Assembly: GCF_009914755.1 (NCBI RefSeq)
Contig: NC_060929.1
DNA from: the human T2T-CHM13v2.0 reference genome, Homo sapiens
Strand: one strand, 5' to 3'
Length of the DNA stretch: 64,000 bases
Shown: positions 13,846 through 29,344 of the stretch, piece by piece
Numbering within the stretch: the first letter of the stretch is position 1
How the letters are laid out: each line of letters begins with the position of its first letter
Position numbers and translations under genes: made by a program
Notes under the pieces: generated by a model
Database searches by the model: none
Seen by the model: the letters and a program-made list of their open reading frames with translations, nothing else
Told to the model about the DNA's origin: nothing

Positions 13846-14342
13846 CTGAAAACAAAATACATCTGATCAGATTCCAATCAGTCTTCATGAAACCTTAGGT
13901 AAAATGTAGTGAAAAAGTAAGCAAGGGGAGTATATATGTTCATGTGGCCAAATGGCACCAAAAAAAGGAGAAGAGAGAGGAAAGGATGAGTATATAACAC
14001 CAAGATTAAAATGAAAGTTAATAGTTTCTGGTTGAGGAGGAGTTAAAAACTACTTGAAATAAAGATAACACATTCATAAGAGCTATTGCAGATCATAAGT
14101 ACAAAACAGAAATGCCATTTTACTTCAAAAATTATGGATTATTTTCAGTGTTTAATCACACAATTAATTACTGAATCAACCAGCAGGTCCTTACATTTCC
14201 AAATTACTGAATGGGAAAACGAGGCAAAGTATTAAGCAAACTCTGTCTATCATCAAAGAGAATAAAAACAACTGAATTATTCATCTGGATTCCAAAGACT
14301 TGAATAGTTAAAATAATACAATACGATAAAACATCACATTGA

Positions 14343-14683
<341 letters not shown>

Positions 14684-15002
14684 ATCCTTAAATGTTTTCT
14701 ACCTCTTTTCTATGAAATAAAACTATAAATGGATACAACTCACAAAAAAATGGGCAGCCTCAGATAATTCTACAATATGTCAGGAATTTTAATTACATAA
14801 TTACAGACATTTTCACTGCTTTTCATTCATAAGGTTCTGTAATACTCTTCCATACCCTATCATTTAATTATTTTTTAGAATTCTGATTATTAATTTTGAT
14901 TAATAATATAAAATAATTCCAAAGATAATGGATGATTCTTCCACATCTGTAATTGAGTTTGATTACAATCTAGATATCTAGTTATAATAAATAAATTCAT
15001 AC

Positions 15003-15149
15003 TGATTTTTGGAAGCATTTTCCATTAGAAAGGTGAACTCCTTCATGAAACGATAGCAAAGGTGGTTCTTTTCTGGAGTCCCCGACATCATTGTAAGCCA
15101 GACAGGTTCTCCAATTCGTGGCATCGTGTAAAGATTACAAATTGTTGTT
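15003..15149 (-). CDS. FNIP1: FNIP1 exon 12 ([21 protein letters not shown]...ENASKNQ)
   Basis: tttag|A acceptor, TCA|gtatga donor, 147 nt; overlaps ORF 14978..15169. Confidence 0.97.
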
Positions 15150-15989
15150 CTAAAAAGAGGAAGACACATTATGAAATGTATAGTTCCAAGAGTTACATAC
15201 TCTTAAAATAATTTTAAGTTTATATTGCCAGCTTGGTCCTTACATCTAGATTATTAAAGCTTTTGAGGAAAGACAATGGACCAAGTCCTTCTTTCCTTGT
15301 CAACAACACAGTACCATGGGAAATGTTCTCAAAATATGTTGGTTCTGGTGTTGGCTCTCCCCACCAGTGACTGTGTGCCCTAGAGTAAATTATTTCCCTA
15401 CTTTAAGCATTTGTTTCCCATACCTGTAAAATGAAAGGATACGATGATAATTTCTAAAGCCCATTCCAGCTCCACATTTCTACGGGGTATGCTGTACTTA
15501 AATATACCGCAAATAATCAACTACATGTACAAAAAGAAAATATTCTAAATGAGGTAACAGCTTATCCATCTACCCACTCAAAACAACAGTTTATCTGCAT
15601 CATTTTGTTGCCTATGCTAAGACTCTGGTAACATTCTTAAGGACAGCGAGAACAGTATACATACATGCTACATTTTATGACTCTCTCAACCTTCTACAGT
15701 GTTTCCTTGAATCAACACAAAAAAAGATTATCACACAATTAGCACAGTGCTTTCTTAGCTGTCTCTTGGACTAATTTAGACAATAGCTAGTCCTGTGACT
15801 TGTACTTTCTCCTGAAGGCTTCAAAGCATACTTTCAAGATGTTAATTATTTTCTTTTTACATCATTATCTATTTAACAAAGCCCTATACATTTACTAGAC
15901 TAAGCAACTCCTGCAAAAGCCTGAGGCTTAAGAAACTAGTCAATCCTGGAGAACTACAGAATGGTGTCCTACTTTCTACTTTTTAAAAC

Positions 15990-16175
15990 AATGCTGTCTA
16001 GTAGAACCTGGCAATGATGGAAACCTGCACTGTCTGAAATGGTAGCCACTAGCTGTATGTGGTTACTGAACACATGACATGTGACCAGTATGACTAAGGA
16101 AGGGAATTTATCTTAATTAAGTTAAATAGCCACATGTGGCTGACGGCTGAGATTTTATTGTGCAATACTGCTCTA
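15990..16175. mobile_element. MER3-like hAT-Charlie MITE
   Basis: atggtagccactagc...aaatagccacatgtggct motifs. Confidence 0.7.
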
Positions 16176-16612
16176 GAAAGTTCTCTGAGATTTCCATAAA
16201 TTCTAATACCAACCTCAGTATCACTGTCTGGTAACACCTAGGAGCCAAAAAAGAGAAGAATTATCTTGCCTCTACAAATTTTGTTGAATTTGAAACAATA
16301 TAAACATGATGTATTACAATGGATAGAAACAATAAGAACAGGTCACTTTAATGAGCTCTCTGTAGAACATATAATCATTGCTAAGAATTTTAAAATAAAC
16401 AAAAAGTTATTTTATAGAGCAAATATGACTAGAATACAAACTAGGCATATATGAAAATGTTTGTTTTTAAAGCTTATTACAGGTGTCCAGATACGATGGA
16501 AAATTGAAGACAAATGTTTATCCTCTCTTCAGTTTCTGAGGCCCCAAATGAACACCACCTAAAGATTTGAAAACAGATAAACTAGTGCAACAAATAGAAT
16601 TAGAGAAGAACC

Positions 16613-16745
16613 AGCTGGGTGTGGTGGCTCACACCTGTAATCCCAGCTCTTTGGGAGACTGGGGCAGGAGGACTGCTTAAGCCCAGAGTTCAAAACCAGC
16701 CTGGGGAACACAGTGAGACCCTGTCTCTATTATTTAAAAAATAAA
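16613..16745 (+). mobile_element. FLAM / Alu left monomer
   Basis: Single Alu arm ending in an A-rich tract. Confidence 0.8.
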
Positions 16746-18412
16746 TTACTTAATTTTAAAAAAATTGCCAAGGAACTATTACTGAAAATTAAAATTAGAG
16801 ATTTCATGAAATTCTGGAATACAAACATATGGTGGAATTGTGATTGAAGTAGCAGAGTAGAGAAAGTTATAAGGTCATAGTATCACAGAGGGAGACATGG
16901 ACAAAGGAGAGCTAATTTGCCCCACTAAAGCAAGATGAGGCTCAAGACTCACAAATTTTTGGGAAAGTCATGACAGGAGTTACGATACAGTACTGAAAAT
17001 TGGGAGACTAATTCAAAGTCCATAAATGGTTGGCAGCTCCCTACCTCCTCTCCACTTCCCCAGAAAATGACTACAGATAGGAGAGAGCAGATATAGCAGT
17101 TGAATGGCCCCGAGGAATGACCTTTTCCAAACTCTTCCTGGCATTTGTATCTTTCAGAGTATATAATCAGATATAGAGTATATCTTGTAGTGTTAAATCT
17201 TCATGGGATTGTGGGGGGCGGTGGTATTGAAGGAGCAGAGATTAGGGGAAAAATATCTAAATATGCTTCTTCAGGTAATGATAATAAAAAAAGGTTGAAA
17301 AACACTGCCCTGAAGTGAAGGTCTCCAGTCAAAAGCCTGATTATGCACAGAATTCCTAACCTACAGTTTGTTACCTCATTCTCAACTACAGAGCGCAACC
17401 AAAAACACTGATATTTAGAGAAAGCCTCCAAGCAGAGAAAAAGACAAGAACAGAAACACACACATACTCACCCATATAAAATGACTCCAGAGGAAAACAG
17501 AAATAATGCAAACAATGGAAGAAAACTTTTAAACAAAACTCTAATGTACATTAAAATTAAAGAGTATGGTAGAGAATCTAATTTTCAAAGAAAAGGATTA
17601 TCCAAAAATAAGAAAGCATCAAAGATTTGCTGAAATGAAAAAAAGCATAGAAGGGATAGAAAAACAAAACATTCACAAAAAGAGAAGGAAAATATGAAAA
17701 AAAAGGAACACAGAACAATCCAGGAGTGCCAATTTCTAAAAAAAAAAAAAAAAACGGATTCCAGAGAGAAAACAGAATAAATTGTAAAAGAAAGCAGAAA
17801 AATTACCAGAGCCGAAGAACATGATGGTGCTATAACAATACTGAGACCATAAAGGACCAAGAAACAGGTATAAACCCATATATCATGGCAGAAAATAAAT
17901 ATGATCTAAAACTGATAAATGAGGAAATAGCAACATTTCGTATACTTTTTAATAATATGGAAGTAAATAACAAGAAATAATAGTTAAAAAGAGAATGTGT
18001 CTGGGAAGAATGGGGTGAGTAGGATAGGATTCATTTATTTTTAATTATTGGACCTTTCAGAAATTTTTGTTTCTTAATCATGTGCATATACTTTTTGATT
18101 AAAAGAAACAATGTATAAATAAATAAATAAATATGCTGATCATTTAAGACTTTTTCATGAGTTTCTTCAGCATATTACCGTCTACTATAAGTCCATGTGT
18201 CATTGCACAGAGCCAGATCACAAACACTGGTATTAGTGGTCCAATGAGAGCCTTTGCTTTAGTATTTTAGTATTATATTTGTTTAAAAGTATTATATATG
18301 CTATGGCCTCAGAGTGTTATCAAGTATAAAGAAGGCAAAGAAATTAATTACGCAACAGTGCTTCTCACTATATACAACTCTATGTTGTTGTCATTAACAA
18401 TCTAGAAGTAAT

Positions 18413-18703
18413 GGCCAGGTGCGGTGGCTCACATCTATAATCCCAGCACTTTGGGAGGTCTAGGTGGGCGGATCACCTGAGGTTGAGAGTTCAAGACCAG
18501 CCTGGCCAACATGGCAAAATCCCGTCTACTAAAAATACAAAAATTAGCTGGGTGTGGTGGTGAGTGCCTGTAATTCCAGCTACTTGGGAGGCTGAGGCAC
18601 AAGAATCACTTGAACCTGGGAGGCAGAGGTCACAGTGAGCTGAGATTGCACCACTTCATTTCAGCCTGGGCGGTAGAGCAAGACTCCGTCTCAAAAAAAA
18701 AAA
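18413..18703 (+). mobile_element. AluS-like with TSD aatctagaagtaat
   Basis: Perfect 14-bp TSD at 18399-18412 and 18704-18717. Confidence 0.95.
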
Positions 18704-18803
18704 AATCTAGAAGTAATGGTTTATTCTAGAAATCATTTCTTTCTTCTCCACTAATAATTGTGCCCTATCATTCAATGGTAAGAAAAGCAAATACTTTCAG
18801 TAA

Positions 18804-18847
18804 TCTGTCCCCTTATTTTTCCCAGTCTGTCCCCTTATTTTTCCCAG
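18804..18847 (+). repeat. Perfect 2 x 22-bp tandem duplication (tctgtccccttatttttcccag)
   Basis: Read directly from the sequence. Confidence 0.95.
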
Positions 18848-19134
18848 TGCCCGGACAATGAAAGACTCTTTTGGTTGGGAGGAAACTGTAGGCATGATTT
18901 AGTTTTCTTTGATATGCCTAGGGTCTATATAAAAATCTAAAGACTTCGTCTTTGTTAGGCAGCAATGTTAACTAAACATGCTTCCTGCTTCTCTAGCTTT
19001 CATGGTTTCTGTACACATGTAAATAATTTCCTTCCTCTTCTCAACTGCCCAAAATTTACTAATCACTTGATCTCAAATAATCATTTAAAGATTATGTCAT
19101 TGTTAATTTTAAATAATCCCTTAATTTAAGAAGT

Positions 19135-19738
<604 letters not shown>

Positions 19739-20380
19739 CAGAGTCTATTCTCATTATTTGAGGTAGTTATTTTCTATAAAGCCCACTCAAGCACTGAATT
19801 AGCAACACTGAACCACTGCCCCTAAGGAAAATAAACAGGTTCCTATGAGCCTCTGGTCACATTTTCATCAAACCCTCAATACATAACCTTGATGTGCCTC
19901 TCTGTTTAAGGATATCTTATTTGATGCTGTTGATTCATTAATATTAAACTCATGGCTGACAGCACCATAAATAATGTCTGAAGGAAGCTTATCTAACACA
20001 TGTATTTTTTCTGTAAGGTACATCACAATCTTCTTACACTGAATATTAGACAGCATTTCAGCACTACATTTGGAAGCCATTTTTAACAGCAAAGTCACTA
20101 ACAAAAAGCAGAAAAATGCAAAAAAATTGGCACTAAATAAATGTCAAAAAAGTATATTTGTTAACAGTATGAGAATTAAAACAAGAAGGCAAAGCATTAG
20201 ACCTTGCTTGATCTAAACTAGGAACATATGCGTCAGGCAACTCACATTTTTCATTGCTTTGCACATGTAAACAAATTACTGCAAAAGCACTGCAATTATA
20301 TTTTGGGGTTACAAATAAATGTTAGCAAGTGGGTGAATTCTAAAATACAAAATCCACAAATGGTGAATATCAATTGTATA
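19739..20380. mobile_element. MER82-like Tigger element
   Basis: attctcattatt...cactgaattagcaacactgaacc start and matching terminal end. Confidence 0.7.
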
Positions 20381-21084
20381 TGTGAAAGTACTTATATAGG
20401 TAGACCTCCTATTGAAAATTATAAAATATTATAAGAATATTTAATATCCCTTTCATATTTGCACAGCAACTGAAGCAAAATAATCAAACAATACAAATGG
20501 AAAGGCACATAATAGTGACATATACTTTTACAGATTTTATAACTCGCATGCTGTAAATTCCAGGCAATCTTGAAATTCTAAGTCTAGGCCATTTGTACTA
20601 TATAATACCACAGCAATTGACTCACAAGTATTTAATTAAAATTTTGAAAAATAAAAAAGTCTTTTAAAATCTAAAAGCAAGATCAGTATCCTGTTTGGAG
20701 GGAGTCTTATGACAATATTTACTGTTCTGGTGACTTCAGCTGGATCTATAATGACAGTGTTTCCTCAGAGCCCAAGCAGAAACTTTTGGCCTTTGCCACA
20801 AAGCTTGTGACTGCAGAAAAGAATTTGTCAATCCAATAGTATAATTAACTGCAAGTTCAAGGGCAAAGATTCACTGCCTTATACTAATGCAATATGTGAT
20901 ACTCAGAAAGAATCCTGAAGGATTCTTTCAAGCAAATAAGCAAAAAGAACTATTGAAAACATATAATGTACCCACAAAATTTTAAATGTCTTGATTTCAA
21001 TAAATAAAATAAAATGTCTGGATTTCGATAAAACGTATTAATAATAATTCTGGTGTAAACAAAGTAAACTAAAACAACTTAAAC

Positions 21085-21309
21085 CAGACAAGGCACGGTG
21101 GCTCATGCCTGTAATCCCAGTACTGTGGGTGGTTGAGGCAAGAGGATCCCTTGAGGACAAGAGTTCAAGATTAGCCTGGACAACATAGTAACCCCATTAT
21201 ACAACATATTTAAAAAATATTTAAAAATATCAAGGTTCCAGTGAGCTATCCTCTGCCACTGCACTCCTGCCTAGGAGTGTTTTGAAACCCTCTCTCAAAA
21301 ACAAAAACA
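21085..21309 (+). mobile_element. Degenerate AluJ with internal deletion
   Basis: Left arm, AT-rich filler, then the distal right arm. Confidence 0.8.
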
Positions 21310-21424
21310 ATTTAAACCACAAAAAATAAAAAATTACAAATGAAACATCTGATTATTCATTGCACATTTCTTTTATATTACTGGCATAATATCTACTTCA
21401 GGGGAAGCAAAACCCTTAAGAATC

Positions 21425-21730
21425 TTTTTTTTTTTTTTTTTTTGAGATGGAGTCTTGCTCTGTTGCCCAGGCTGGAGTGTAGTGGCACAATCTCAGCTCA
21501 CTGCAACCTCCGCCTCCGAGGCTCCCTGGTTCAAGCAATTCTCCTGCCTCAGGCTCCTCAGTAGCTGGGGCTACAGGCAGCCGCCACTATCCAGCTAATT
21601 TTTGTATTTTTAGTAGAGACGGGTTTCACCATGCTGGCCAAGATGATCTCAAACTCCTGACCTCAGATGTTCCACCCTCCTCAGCCTATCAAAGTGCTGG
21701 GATTACAGGCGTGAGCCACTGCACCTCGCT
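21425..21730 (-). mobile_element. AluS-like with TSD ccttaagaatcttt
   Basis: Antisense Alu with flanking direct repeat. Confidence 0.93.
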
Positions 21731-22330
21731 CCTTAAGAATCTTTGAGTAAGCTTTCAAGCAATCCTGCCTCACTCCAGTTAAAAAAAAAAAAATTCCAAC
21801 TGTAGATTAAATTTAGACAAATACAAGGCTATAACTTTTCATAGTTCTCAAATACTACTTATATTCATAAGAGGCCTATTTTATAGGTAGAGAAACCACT
21901 CTAGTTGTGTGTATGTGTGTGTTTGAATTGTGGTTAAGTTCAATCTTTCAGCTATGTAAAGAGCACAGGCACTGGTGGCACATGCACTGGGCTACAAGGG
22001 AATGTATACAGAGTAAAGCTGTCATAAACCATTAGGGATAATAAATAACCAATTTTACCCAATTGATAGTATTTTAGCTTATCAGGATATTAGGTTCAAA
22101 ATGTCCTGATTTCAATAAAACACACAGACACCTTCGTTTGCATATATAATCACTCTGAAGAATCAGAAATTGCTCTTTATTTCAATACAAAACTGCTCTC
22201 AAATGCTGACTCTGACATCCCTGCTAAGAGTTGAACAGTAATTGTGTAAGACAAGGCTTATAGTTCCATTATAGTAGTGCAGAAGAAAGACACAATTTGG
22301 TAATTTTTCTCCTTGAAAAGAGTTTTGTCC

Positions 22331-22843
22331 TTTTTTTAAAGAGATGTGGTCTCACTTTGTCACCCAGGCTGAAGTGCAGTGGCACAATCATAACTCACTG
22401 CAACCTTGACTACCTAGGCTCAACCAATCCTGCCAAGCTTCAGCCTCCTAAGTAGCTGGGACTACAGGTGCACGCCACTTGAGCCTGGCTACTTCGAAAA
22501 TTTTTACTTTAGAGATGAGGTCTTTTATTGATTTTAAATTTTGTGGGTACACTGTAAGTGTAATATAAATTATGGGGTACAATGTGTAATAATCATATCA
22601 GGATAAATGGGGTATCCACCATCTTAAGAATATATCCTTTGTTACCAACAATCCAATCATACTCTTTCAGTTACTTTAAAATGTACAACTAAATTATTAT
22701 TGACTATAGTCACCCTGTTGTGCTATCAACAGACACAGGGTCTTGCTTTTTTTGCCCAGGCTGGTCTCAAAACTCTAAGCAATCCTCTCACCGTGGCCTC
22801 CCAAAGTGCTGCGATTACAGGCATGCGCCACCAAGCTTGGCCC
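22331..22843 (-). mobile_element. AluJ interrupted by an L1MA-like 3' fragment (about 22524-22730)
   Basis: Alu halves separated by L1 3'-UTR text (tatagtcaccctgttgtgctatcaa). Confidence 0.8.
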
Positions 22844-23082
22844 CTGAATAAAGTTTAAGCTAGTTATTACCAAAAGAGTTTGTGAAATGTAGATGCTAGC
22901 CCCATACCTACTAAACAAACTCTAAGAGTTTGGGAAACAGTTTTCATTATACTTCTCTAGTGACAGCAGTATCTGAATGGTTTTTTTTTCCTTTCTCAAA
23001 AAAAAAAAAAAAGCATAGGTTTATGATGTAATTTAAATTCCAAAGAAAAGTCTAGATCAATTTAGGTTGTGGTTTGTTTGGC

Positions 23083-23396
<314 letters not shown>

Positions 23397-25918
23397 TAAC
23401 TCAACAAAGTTTTAAATCTTACTTCAGTTCAATGTATTCTTACATTAAAATATTGATTTAAAAATATGTGAACTTCCAATTTCAGCTTTGACCTGCAAAG
23501 AGCTTGGAAGTCATTATTCTTGTTCTCAGAACAAGGGAAAAACTGAAGGAACTGAAAAATCAATGACTTTTCTTAGTTACATCACCAAACTGCGGACAGA
23601 GGGAAAACCATCACTCTGAAAACTGAAAAAATGGGTAAATACAGAGAATGACAACTGAGATCAAGTTACCTGAAGCAGAAGCCTTTGGAGCCAATAACCA
23701 GCAGGAACACTTAAATAGTAATTGACTAACTGCTGAAGAATGAGTGTGAATTCCTCTCAGTGACAAAAACTCCTAGGGACCTAGTCTTAGGGAGACCTCC
23801 CCACTTTCATGGGATACTACCATATTTTCATGGTGAAAATCAGAGAAACATCTGGCTATGGTTCGGACAGAGGTAGTGACAAAGTAACAGTTTTGAAATA
23901 TTCCTAGAACATTCTCCAAAACAAAGGTCTGCCCTCCAAATAAAACTATTTTACCAGAGCCTTATCTGACTTGAGAGAGAAGCAGCCTTCCTCGCTGGCC
24001 TCTGGAAAGAAAAATAGGTGGCAGGGAGAGGGGATGGCTAAGAAATACTTCCAAAGGTCACATCCCAGAAATTCAGACTAAAAAAAAAAAATCAGATTTA
24101 ATTTTAAGATTACAGAACATTTCCCCTTCCTCTCTCCAACACCTTACTTCCATATCAACATAGCTCCAGTGTAACAAATGCAGATTACAACTAAAAGAGC
24201 TGCAGGACACAGAATCTATTCAAAGAAGTAGTTCTTGGGGAAAACCAAAGAAAGAGGAGTTTAAAATAAAAAAAAAAAAAAGGAAACTATGGGAAAGTGA
24301 GGCTTCTGGCACCTACAACTAACATTACAGCAAACATTAAACACATCTAAGGCTCCTAGCTAGGTTAATATAAAACTTCATACTAAAATCTTATTAAACT
24401 CAGTTCCTATATCCTAATACATCATATATAGCTATCAATGAAAAATTAGAAAGCAACAAAAACTAGTCTGAACAAAGAAAGCATCAGAATCAAACTCAAA
24501 TTTGGCAAAGATTTTAGAATTATCAGAATGGGAATTGAAAATTATGATAAATATGTTTATTTTATATAATATATATGATTATTGTTGCTCTGATGTTTAA
24601 AATAGACAACATGCAAGACCAAATAATGCAACAGCGAGATGGAAAGTCATTTAAAAAATCAAAAGGAAATGCTAGCAATTAAAAAAAAAAAAAAAAAGGA
24701 GCAGGAATGAAGAATGCTTTTGATGGGCACATCAGCAGACTGGACATGACCAAGGAAAGAATCAATGAACTTGAAGGTATGTCAATAAAAATTCCGAAAC
24801 TGAAAAGCCAAGAGAATAAAGGATAAAAAATAATATCCAGGAGCTGTGGTACAATTACAAAAGTATACATGTAATAAATACAAAATGGAGAAGTAAAATA
24901 TATGAATAATAGCTTCGAATTAAAAAAAAATTAGTAACAGACAACAAACCATAGACGCAGGAGGCTCACAGAACACCAAGCAGGATAAATACCAACAAAT
25001 CTACTCCTATATATATCATACTGAAACTGCAGAAAACCAAAGACAAAATCTTAATGGAAGTAAGAAGGACAAAAACAACCTTACCTATAGAAGAGTAAGA
25101 ACTGCATTAGAGTTCTTGTTAGAAACTATGCAAAAAAAAAAAAGAGACTGGAGAAAAATGGTTAAAACATTGAAAGAAAAACAATAACCTAGAATTCTGT
25201 ATCCAGCAAAATAATTCAAAAGGAAAAGAGAAAGACTTCCTCAGACCAAAACTGACAGATTTGATGGCAGAAAAAAATGACATTTAATATATGTTGAAAG
25301 ATATTTTTCAGAGAAAACAGGTTAGAAATGCAAATCTACATAAAAAGAGTATCCAAAAAGTAATAAATGTAAAATAAAGTCTTTCATTTTCCTTATTCTA
25401 AATTGACCTAATAGAAAAATAATTGTTTAGGGTAATAAAAATGACAATATATTGAATGATCATAGCTAATGGAAAATTAAATTGAATGACAGCAATGTTA
25501 TAAGGGATGTGATGTGAGGGAGAAATTGGAATATTTTGTTATGAAGTATGTGCACTCCCTGTGAAGCAGTACATGGTTATTTGAAAGTTGTAAATGTGTA
25601 TTGCCAACTATAGGACAAACACTAAAAAGTGAAGTTTTTAAGAAATATAAATGACATGCTAAAAGAGGAGAGAAAAATGGAAGCGTTTAACTGCTTAAAA
25701 CCAGAGAAGACATAAAAAGAGGAGGATAAAAACATAAAGTGAAATAAATAGAAAACTGTTACAAATATGATAGATATTAATCCAACTATATCAATTATCA
25801 CTTCAAATGTGAGTGGTCTTAATACACCAGTTAAAAGGCAGAGAACCAACTTTATGTTGTCTACAAGAAACCCATTTTAAATATAAAGTCAGAGATAGAT
25901 TAAAAGTTAAGGTATAGA

Positions 25919-26265
<347 letters not shown>

Positions 26266-26302
26266 CTACATTAACACTAACCAAAAGAAAGCTGGAATAA
26301 CC

Positions 26303-26690
26303 GATAAGGTTAGGCTTTGTGTCCCTACCCAAATCTCATCTTGAATTGTAAGCCCATAATCCCCATAATCCCCACATGTCAAGGGATCAAGACCATGTGG
26401 AGGTATTTGAATCACGGAGGCGGTTTCCCCCATGCTGTTCTTGTGATAGTGACTGAGTTCTCATCAGATCTGATGGTTTTATAAGGAGCTCTTCTTTCCC
26501 CTTCGCTCGGCACTTTTCCTTCCTGCTGCCTTGTGAAGAAGGTGCCTTGCTTCCTCTTCACACTCCGCCATAATTACGAGTTTCCTGAGGCCTCCACAGC
26601 CATGCTGAACTGTGAATCAATTAAACCTCTTCCCATTATAAATTACCCAGTCTTGGGCAGTTCTTTATAGCAGTACGAAAATGGACTAAT
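26303..26690 (+). mobile_element. ERVL-MaLR solo LTR (THE1D/MSTA-like)
   Basis: cccaaatctcatcttgaattgta...ttcctgaggcctcc.cagccatg...aattaaacctct...ggactaata. Confidence 0.88.
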
Positions 26691-28666
26691 AGCCGTGTTA
26701 ACTTCAGACAAAGCAGAGGTCAGAACAGTGAAAATTATCAGAGATAAAGAGGGGCACTTCATAATGATAAGGAGCTAATTTTCCAAGAAGACATAATTAT
26801 CCTTAATGAATTTGCAGTTAACAAAAAAGCATCAAAGTATGTGAGGCAAAAACAGAGCTGCAAGAAGAAATAAATCAACTATTTTCCTTAGAAACTTCAA
26901 CACTCCTCTATCAGTAAATGACGTATCCATCAGGCGGAAAATTAGTAAGGATATAATAGAGCTGAACAGTACCATCAGTCAACTGAATCTAATTAACATT
27001 TATACAATACCTCATCCAAAAACAGGAGAATACACAATCTTCCCATGCTGACAGGGAACATTTGCCAAAATGGACCACATTCTAGGCCATAAGACACACC
27101 TTAGCAAATTTAAAATAATACAAATCATACAATATATGTTCTCAAATCACAAACTAGAAATCAGTAAGAAAAAGATAACTGGAAAATCCCCAAATACTTG
27201 GAGATTGAAAACATGCATCTAAATAACACATAGGTCAAAGAAGACATCTTGAAAGAAATTTTAAAATATTTTGAACTAAATGTGAATTCAACTTATCAAT
27301 ACTTGTGAATGCAGCAAAAGGAGTGCTTAAAGGGAAATTAATAGTATTGAATACATATATTAGAAAAGAAGATCTAAAATCAACGATCTAAGCTTTAATC
27401 TTAGGAAACTAGACAAACAGCAACATAAAACTAAAGCATTCAAGAGATAAGGAATAGTAAAATCTAGAGCAGAAATTATTGTAATTGAACAGAAAATAGA
27501 GAATATCAACAAAACCAAACGCTGGTTCTCTGAAAAGATCAGTAAAATTGTTAAGCCTTTATCAGGAAACCAAGAAAAACACAAAAAGACACAAATTATA
27601 AATAACAGAAACAAAAGAGGGGTATCACTATAGATACTATGAACGTTAAAAGGATAATTAAGGAATTATATGAACAAGTCTATGCCCACAAATTTAGATG
27701 AAATGCATCAATTTTTTGAAAAACACACACTGCCAAAACTCACATAAGGAGAAATAGATTAACTTGAATAGCCTATGTCTACTTAAAAAATTGAATCAAT
27801 AATTATCTACTCCTGGCAAACAAAGAATAAAGGGGAACTACCTCAACTTGAAAGAATATCTACAAGAAACCTACAGCTAACATCATACTTATGGTGAGAG
27901 ACTGGATGTTTTTTTTCCTATGACTGGGAGCAAGGTCAAGATGTGTCCTCTCACAACTCTCATTCAATATCATACTGGAAGTTATAGCTAGGGCTGTAAG
28001 AAAGACACAAAGATACAAAAAAGAGGGAAGGAAGGAAAGAAGGAAGACAGAAAAAGTATACATGTGGAAAGGAAATAAAACAGTCTTTATTTGTGGAAGA
28101 CGATTTTCTATATAAAAAGTTTCAAAGACTCAATCGAAAGAAAAAAACAACTGTTGGAACTAATAAATGATTATAATGAGGTTGCAGAATACAATGTAAA
28201 TATACAAAAGTCAACTGCTTTCCTACAGACCAGCAATGAACAACTGAAATGTAAAATTAAAAACAATACCATTTACATTAGGTTCCCTCCCCCTGACCCC
28301 CCCAAAAAACATGTATAAATCTGAGAAAATATACACAGGGTCTATATGAGGAAAAGTATAAAATTCTGTTGAAAGGAATCAAAGATGATCTAAATAAATG
28401 GGAATAGTTTCCATGGTAATGAATAGGAAGACTCTATTGTTAAAACGTCAATTCTTCCCAAGTTGATCCATAGATTCAACACAATCCCAATGAGAATCTC
28501 AGCAAGTTATTTTGTGGACATCTACAAACTGATGTTAAAGTTTATATAGAAACAAAAAAGACCCAGAATAATCAACACAATACTTAAGAATAAAAACAAA
28601 GTTGGAGGACTGATACTACTGAACTTCAAGATTTACTATAAAGATATAGTAATTAAGATAGCATGG

Positions 28667-29253
<587 letters not shown>

Positions 29254-29269
29254 GCATGGTAATAGCTAA

Positions 29270-29293
29270 ATATATACATATATATATATATAC

Positions 29294-29340
<47 letters not shown>
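29270..29340. repeat. (TA)n microsatellite with TACA interruptions
   Basis: Read directly from the sequence. Confidence 0.97.
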
Positions 29341-29344
<4 letters not shown>

